A DNA stretch of 63,859 nt, counting the filler, from Salisapilia sapeloensis CBS 127946 (Eukaryota; Protista; Oomycota), in the NCBI GenBank assembly GCA_023334545.1. It is 12 parts of 12 records of this genome, joined end to end, with 100 filler letters (N's around TTAATTAATTAA, not from the genome) between each part and the next. Parts side by side here need not be neighbours in the genome. Positions count along the whole stretch, not along the records: positions 41,866 to 62,741 come from JAADVB010000292.1; positions 62,842 to 63,859 come from JAADVB010001353.1; 10 more parts are not named here. The stretch is one strand, 5' to 3'. Of this stretch, positions 59,101 to 63,859 are shown piece after piece. How positions within the stretch are numbered: position 1 is the stretch's first letter; every line of letters begins with the position of its first letter. The notes under the pieces were generated by a model. It saw only the letters and a program-made list of their open reading frames with translations. It had not been told where the DNA came from and did not search any database. The translations under genes were made by a program, and so were the position numbers.

Positions 59101-60336
59101 GTAGCTCAAGTAGGTACGTTAATAGCTGTTGTCGTCGTTGACCACCCTTCGCTAATGGTGGTAGAGGTGCGTTAAGTTCATCGTCTTCACTTAGACTGTC
59201 GTAATGAGTTTTCGACTCCCATTCTGAAGCTACCGGCTCGCCAATCAACAAGTTGTGTATGGTAACCCCGCAAGTAACGAATCGGATAATCTTTTTCATG
59301 TGTGCTGCAGTCTGAAGTCGTGCACGGATTCCTTTTAAATATTGAAACCTTGTCTTGAGTAGTCCCATGCAGTGCTCGCTTTTTATACGGATCTTAGCGA
59401 GCTGTGTGTTAAAATACGAACGTTGTGGATCGAGAATTGCTTTCGGTGCCTTTTTAAATGCTGAAACCATAATCTTAGACGGTTGAAAGGCTGAGTCCCT
59501 AAGAACGTACTCATGGTATTGAAAGTACGCTTCCGATTGCTGGTGTAGCCTACCGTTTGTCCACACACGATTATCGTGTACGGACATCGGCCAGCCGACT
59601 ACAATATCACGAACACGTGCGAGATGGTTGCAAGTGATTAGCGCATTAATCGCGTACTCACGTTTGCGCGTATAATAATCATCACCTTGCTTCATCGGTT
59701 TGGTTGCTAGTGGAAGCAACGTGCCGTCCACGACACCGATGCAGTTTGGAAATTTGCACTGTCTCTTTATCTGCTTCGCTATATAAATTCTTTCTTTTTC
59801 ATCCGGTCATGTAATAGCTGCATCTGTAAGCTCAAGTACAGCCTTAATGGCACGTCCAAGATAGCCATCTATTGTCTCTTTACCAACGCCGAAAAACAGG
59901 ACCAAGTTTGCTGATGTATTTCCATTTCCTGACATTCCCAAAACTTTAAGAGCACCATCGGATGTAGCTCGGAACCCCCACAAAATTTGCGATTTTGATC
60001 ATCTTGATATATCGGATAATCGTGTAGCATTGACTCCAATTTTGCAAAATCTGATCGTGTGACGCGAAAATGTGCTAGGAACTGCGTTTCGTTTAAGTAG
60101 TCACGGTCATACTGTAGTCTCTTCCATTCGTCTTTTTGTCGTCGGTATGTCTTTCCTCTTGCATAATAGTGTGGCGCTCGTACATGCTCGAGATCCATCT
60201 TATAAATAGCATCGAGATCGTCCTCAAACAAATCATGATCATCAAACATTAGCCGAACAAGTCCCAGCTCTTGTCGCAGCGTGTTTATATTCTTTAGGTT
60301 TCGTACAGTATGGGTTTTAGCCGTCACACGTGGCAT
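59084..60336 (-). pseudogene. Harbinger/HARBI1-like DDE transposase (DDE_Tnp_4), frameshifted
   Basis: GVVDGTLLPL, KREYAINALITC, GWPMSVHDNRVW, LRDSAF and FNTQLAKIRIKSEHCMGLLKTRFQYL. The N-terminal part lies in another frame (FLAHFRVTRSDF). Confidence 0.88.
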
Positions 60337-62580
60337 GCTTCAAACTTGCCACACGCACGATACTTGCAGCGAGTTGAACTATTGCACCAAAATGTTTCTT
60401 GGCGCGAACAAAATAAATGCTTATTGCTGCTGAAGACAGTCCAGTGGGGGCAGTCATTGCGACTTTATATGATTAGACTAAAATAAAGCATTTACCTGGG
60501 TCGAAAAAATACGCTTTTTTGCTGCTGTGAAAAATATATAGCATTGACTATTCCTATTATTGTCTAAAATATTATTTTTAAACTTTGCACAGCCAAAATA
60601 CTAAAGCAGCGAATTAAAATTACGTTCAAGACTTCAGGCCATCCTGACATTAAAACCAAAATTGATAGTAATGATATATCAAACTAAGAGCTTTATTACT
60701 ATTTCCTATCTACCTACCTCGCATATAACACTTGACTATATCGTTTGAATTTTGCTTCCTCGTCTAGTTATTGCAGCCTTACATCAGTACGCGCCCAGCA
60801 CCTACCAGCACCAGTACTTACCATCAAACTATGTTTCTATAAACGAGTGCACACAGCAGTCAACATGCACAGAAAAACCATACTCATAACCCTCGTGACT
60901 TGCCATCATATGCACATATGTTTCACGCAAGACTTGAGTCCATAGATTATATATTTATCGGCTCGCCTTTAACATGATACTAAAATATTTGGCAAACAAT
61001 GAAGTTGGCCTACCAATATTACCTTCCTAGGCAAATGTATAGGCTCGTGCATCATTCCGCTGTCTCTTGTTATCATAAAACTTCGACATAATTGATATAG
61101 GTGTAGTGAAGCTCCGCGTAGGTTAGATAAGTTGTGTTCATTGTTCATGAACATCTATGATGCCCTAAACGAGTAAGATGCGGAGACCTGCGACAAAACC
61201 ATAAAATTATTAAATGCCTGTTTGGATCCTCGCTGGAACTACAATAAAAGCTCGAAATTGCAATTTAAAGCCGATTATAATTGTTTTAACAACTGCGTTG
61301 CCAAGCACTTCCTACCTCTACCTTAACATGTAAGCAAGTGAACTTGAATAAGTATTCTACGTGTCATTTTGTTTCTTGTTGACTAACTTGTTATTCGTAC
61401 TTTTCCTGGAGGTCTTTAAATTCACCAACCTTGGAGCTCCGCATTTCTTCCCGCGGGATGTCAGTGTATGAGATTTCCATTTCTCTCTATCCGTCCGAGT
61501 CGTCAGTTGACTTCCTTTTGTCGTTCTGGTGATAGAAGCTGATCGGAATCAACCATCAATATCGTCTACGAAGACTACGAGAGCGACGATAGATTTGTCG
61601 TAGCCATCATAAGGACTTTGCTTACGCTTGCGAGGTTATGATGCACCCCTCTTTATTTTTTCTTGCAGAACATCTACTGTTTCTTCATTAGATCACTTAG
61701 ACCTTGCTGTATCAGTCGATGGTGGCCCTTCTTCGGCACCAACGATGGCAGATCCGACTTCTCGATCGTCCTCGCAGCTCTATTACATTGCTTGTCAAGT
61801 CGCTGGTGTCTTGACGTACTAGAAGTCAGAAGCAGCAAACGCGGATCACGTAAGAATTTAATTTTTCAAAACAAAAAGCTGGTTTCCAGGAGCGATGGGG
61901 AAGGATTGATTCAGTAGGCTCCACGAAGTTAAGATCGTTTTTCTTAAATAAATTATGGAGTTCTTTGTACGAGTACAGTATGCTTTAACATCATGTCTGA
62001 GCTGTAGTAAAATACCTCGTAGCTATTATAAGTCCAAGGCCAGGATCGTTTAGCAGCATTCCAAAGAGGATAACGAAACAACACACAGGACCGAAATTAA
62101 GTTCAAGTATAATTCTTATTATCGTGCAGTGCCTACCCTCTTCGGAGGATGGTTGCTGTATGGCAGCTTCTTGTCTTAGATTTAATCATAGAAATAAATT
62201 TCGGATATAGCATTAAGCCGTTTGACCTCGTGATTTTGACATTACAATTCAATGTTGCGGGGGTCCAAAAAGGTCCTAAAGGCACCTATCTACAACTGTG
62301 ATATTAATCACAAGCACAGCTGTGCATCCGTTGAAGCTTATCAGCAATAAATAATTCAAACAAGGAGCTATACCTGAATGCTGCCCCAGTAAATCGCAAT
62401 TATGAACCTATATTCCATACAAACACAAACAACTTTACATCCTCTTGTACCTGCTCCATCTGTTACAATCCATCTATATTACTACTATTTAGTAGAAATC
62501 TCACAGCATATACAACAACCATTTCATACTCTATAACACGGCCGATGCTGAATCACCAAGTTCCCAAATATCGTCATTAT

Positions 62581-62741
62581 CTATAAAATCCCAATATCAC
62601 TCTCATCAGAACCAGCAAAGTCATCCTCATAGTCTTGGTCGCTCGCCGCCGCATCCGCTTCCGGTGCTGCCGGTGCTGCCTCTGCTTCCGGTACTGCCTC
62701 TGCTTCGACCGCGCCACTCTTCGCGCCACCGGCAATCGAAG
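62581..62741 (-). CDS. 3' end of an unknown ORF with Ala/Glu/Pro-rich and acidic tail; 5' truncated by gap
   Basis: SIAGGAKSGAVEAEAVPEAEAAPAAPEADAAASDQDYEDDFAGSDESDIGIL*. Confidence 0.45.
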
Positions 62742-62841
62742 NNNNNNNNNNNNNNNNNNNNNNNNNNNNNNNNNNNNNNNNNNNNTTAATTAATTAANNN
62801 NNNNNNNNNNNNNNNNNNNNNNNNNNNNNNNNNNNNNNNNN

Positions 62842-62891
62842 AGCTCTTGAGCTCATTATATATTAATACTAGAATAATGAGCTCAAGAGCT
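62842..62891. repeat. Perfect 18-bp stem / 14-nt loop hairpin with TAGTATTAA in the loop (minus strand)
   Basis: AGCTCTTGAGCTCATTAT (62842-62859) pairs with ATAATGAGCTCAAGAGCT (62874-62891). The nonamer is at 62863-62871. Confidence 0.92.
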
Positions 62892-62952
62892 CTTCAGGAA
62901 TACCACCACCAACTATGGGGGATAATAAAGAATCATGCTGATTCTTCATACT

Positions 62953-63057
62953 CTAAAAATAGACATCAATAACAATTAAGAGCAACGTGTACAAGGTAAA
63001 GAGAAAAATAAAAACTGAGGGTTCTAAGGTACTATATTTAGGTCTATTCTTGAACAT
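62953..63057 (-). CDS. Putative 34-aa single-pass membrane microprotein
   Basis: MFKNRPKYSTLEPSVFIFLFTLYTLLLIVIDVYF*; it starts 7 nt after the stop of the 251-aa ORF. Confidence 0.35.
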   Translation of the reverse strand: MFKNRPKYSTLEPSVFIFLFTLYTLLLIVIDVYF

Positions 63058-63064
63058 CTTCTTT

Positions 63065-63820
63065 TTAAACATACTCCCTAATAAATCCTAATAAATCCTC
63101 GCTCTCATTGCCATCTTCCAGTCGCAATCGTTCAGCATCTTCTTCCTGCTCTCGCATAGCGTTCTCTCCTTCTTGTATCTCGCGTTCCGTTACAGCTTCT
63201 TGCCAAGCAGCATGGTCATTCACTAGGAAGTTGTCCGGCGTTGCTAGTGTCTCGGTTGTTTGTTGTCCGCGGTACCTAGATAAGAATCGAGTTGTAGGAG
63301 TGCTTACATTTTCAAACGTGTCCCCGAAGACGGCTTCAGCTTCTTCTTCTGTGTCCGAATCTGTAAAGGTAAGGTCGATAATGCTTTGGTCTTGTGTCCG
63401 CCGTTGCACCAACGACCGCATTGACACACTGTATGACCGGAGTAAACGCCGCTCTCTGCGTAGAGATGCCAACCTTTGCTCATTCTGTACCTGGCGAGCT
63501 TGTAGGCGATCGATTGTTGCTTGCATTTGGAGGCGTCGATTACGTTCACGAGTGGCAATGGCATTTGCGTCCCGGACGTTATCAAGCTGAGCTGAGAGCT
63601 CCCTCGTAATGCGCTGCACGGTGGACTGAAGGCGTTCAATCGTGGCGTCTCGCTCGGAAATGACTTCATCCGCAGCAGCGGCTTCTTTGGACATGTAGTT
63701 GTTCAATAAAAACTTACCCAAGTCGTTATTGGAAGTGTCAGGCCGTTTCAACGGCGTCGGCTTTTTCTTGATCCAACCGTCGCTTCGGCGCAGGTAGCGG
63801 AAAGTGTGCTCCTTCGGCAT
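63065..63820 (-). CDS. Orphan 251-aa protein: basic N-terminus, coiled coil, acidic C-terminus
   Basis: Intronless ATG-started ORF preceded by CATTCCATTTATAAAT. No recognised family. Confidence 0.7.
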   Translation of the reverse strand: MPKEHTFRYLRRSDGWIKKKPTPLKRPDTSNNDLGKFLLNNYMSKEAAAADEVISERDATIERLQSTVQRITRELSAQLDNVRDANAIATRERNRRLQMQATIDRLQARQVQNEQRLASLRRERRLLRSYSVSMRSLVQRRTQDQSIIDLTFTDSDTEEEAEAVFGDTFENVSTPTTRFLSRYRGQQTTETLATPDNFLVNDHAAWQEAVTEREIQEGENAMREQEEDAERLRLEDGNESEDLLGFIREYV

Positions 63821-63859
63821 ATTTATAAATGGAATGTCCTACAACAGCTCAACAACAAA

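Larger units (their letters stand above)
57599..60555. mobile_element. PIF/Harbinger DNA transposon, full-length but degenerate (2957 bp)
   Basis: TIRs AGGGGTAGTCAAT and ATTGACTATTCCT (11/13), each flanked by ATT (3-bp TSD). It encloses a convergent accessory-protein gene and a DDE transposase gene. Confidence 0.85.

Noticed and set aside
9771-62841. Recurring TTAATTAATTAA palindrome inside N runs as a biological repeat or CRISPR-like array
   Set aside because: It is always centred in an identical 100-nt N block and gives stops in all six frames, so it is a contig-joining linker.

Overview
This is eukaryotic genomic DNA, most consistent with a flagellated oomycete (Pythium/Phytophthora-like lineage). 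That call is an inference from short GT-AG introns, IFT74, a START-FYVE gene, a GT71-like gene and WRKY19-like zinc fingers. The window is 12 contigs joined by 11 artificial 100-nt spacers (44 N + TTAATTAATTAA + 44 N), so adjacency across gaps is unproven and at least 7 genes are truncated. Recognisable genes: ZIP zinc transporter, CELF/Bruno RNA-binding protein, URC4/DUF1688, glutathione reductase (5' part), GPS-motif polycystin-like membrane protein with TRAF-type zinc fingers, two-domain alpha-carbonic anhydrase, PCMT, IFT74, ILV3, MFS sugar transporters, GT71-like glycosyltransferase, NIPA Mg transporter, WRKY19-like zinc finger, two PH-GPx paralogs, M13 peptidase, START-FYVE pseudogene, FN3/coiled-coil protein, TMEM14, Rab5-like GTPase, calpain-7, PDZ-Tubby, cyclic-nucleotide-gated channel and a globin. 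Mobile DNA: a decayed Ty3/Gypsy chromovirus, a full-length degenerate PIF/Harbinger element with TIRs and TSD, and a MITE. The most unusual observations are (1) a terminal contig with an 18-bp perfect stem-loop carrying a TAGTATTAA nonamer, resembling a CRESS-DNA-virus origin, behind three tightly packed orphan ORFs, and (2) two ~3-kb host-gene cassettes each bracketed by perfect 106-141 bp inverted repeats. No database searches were run.
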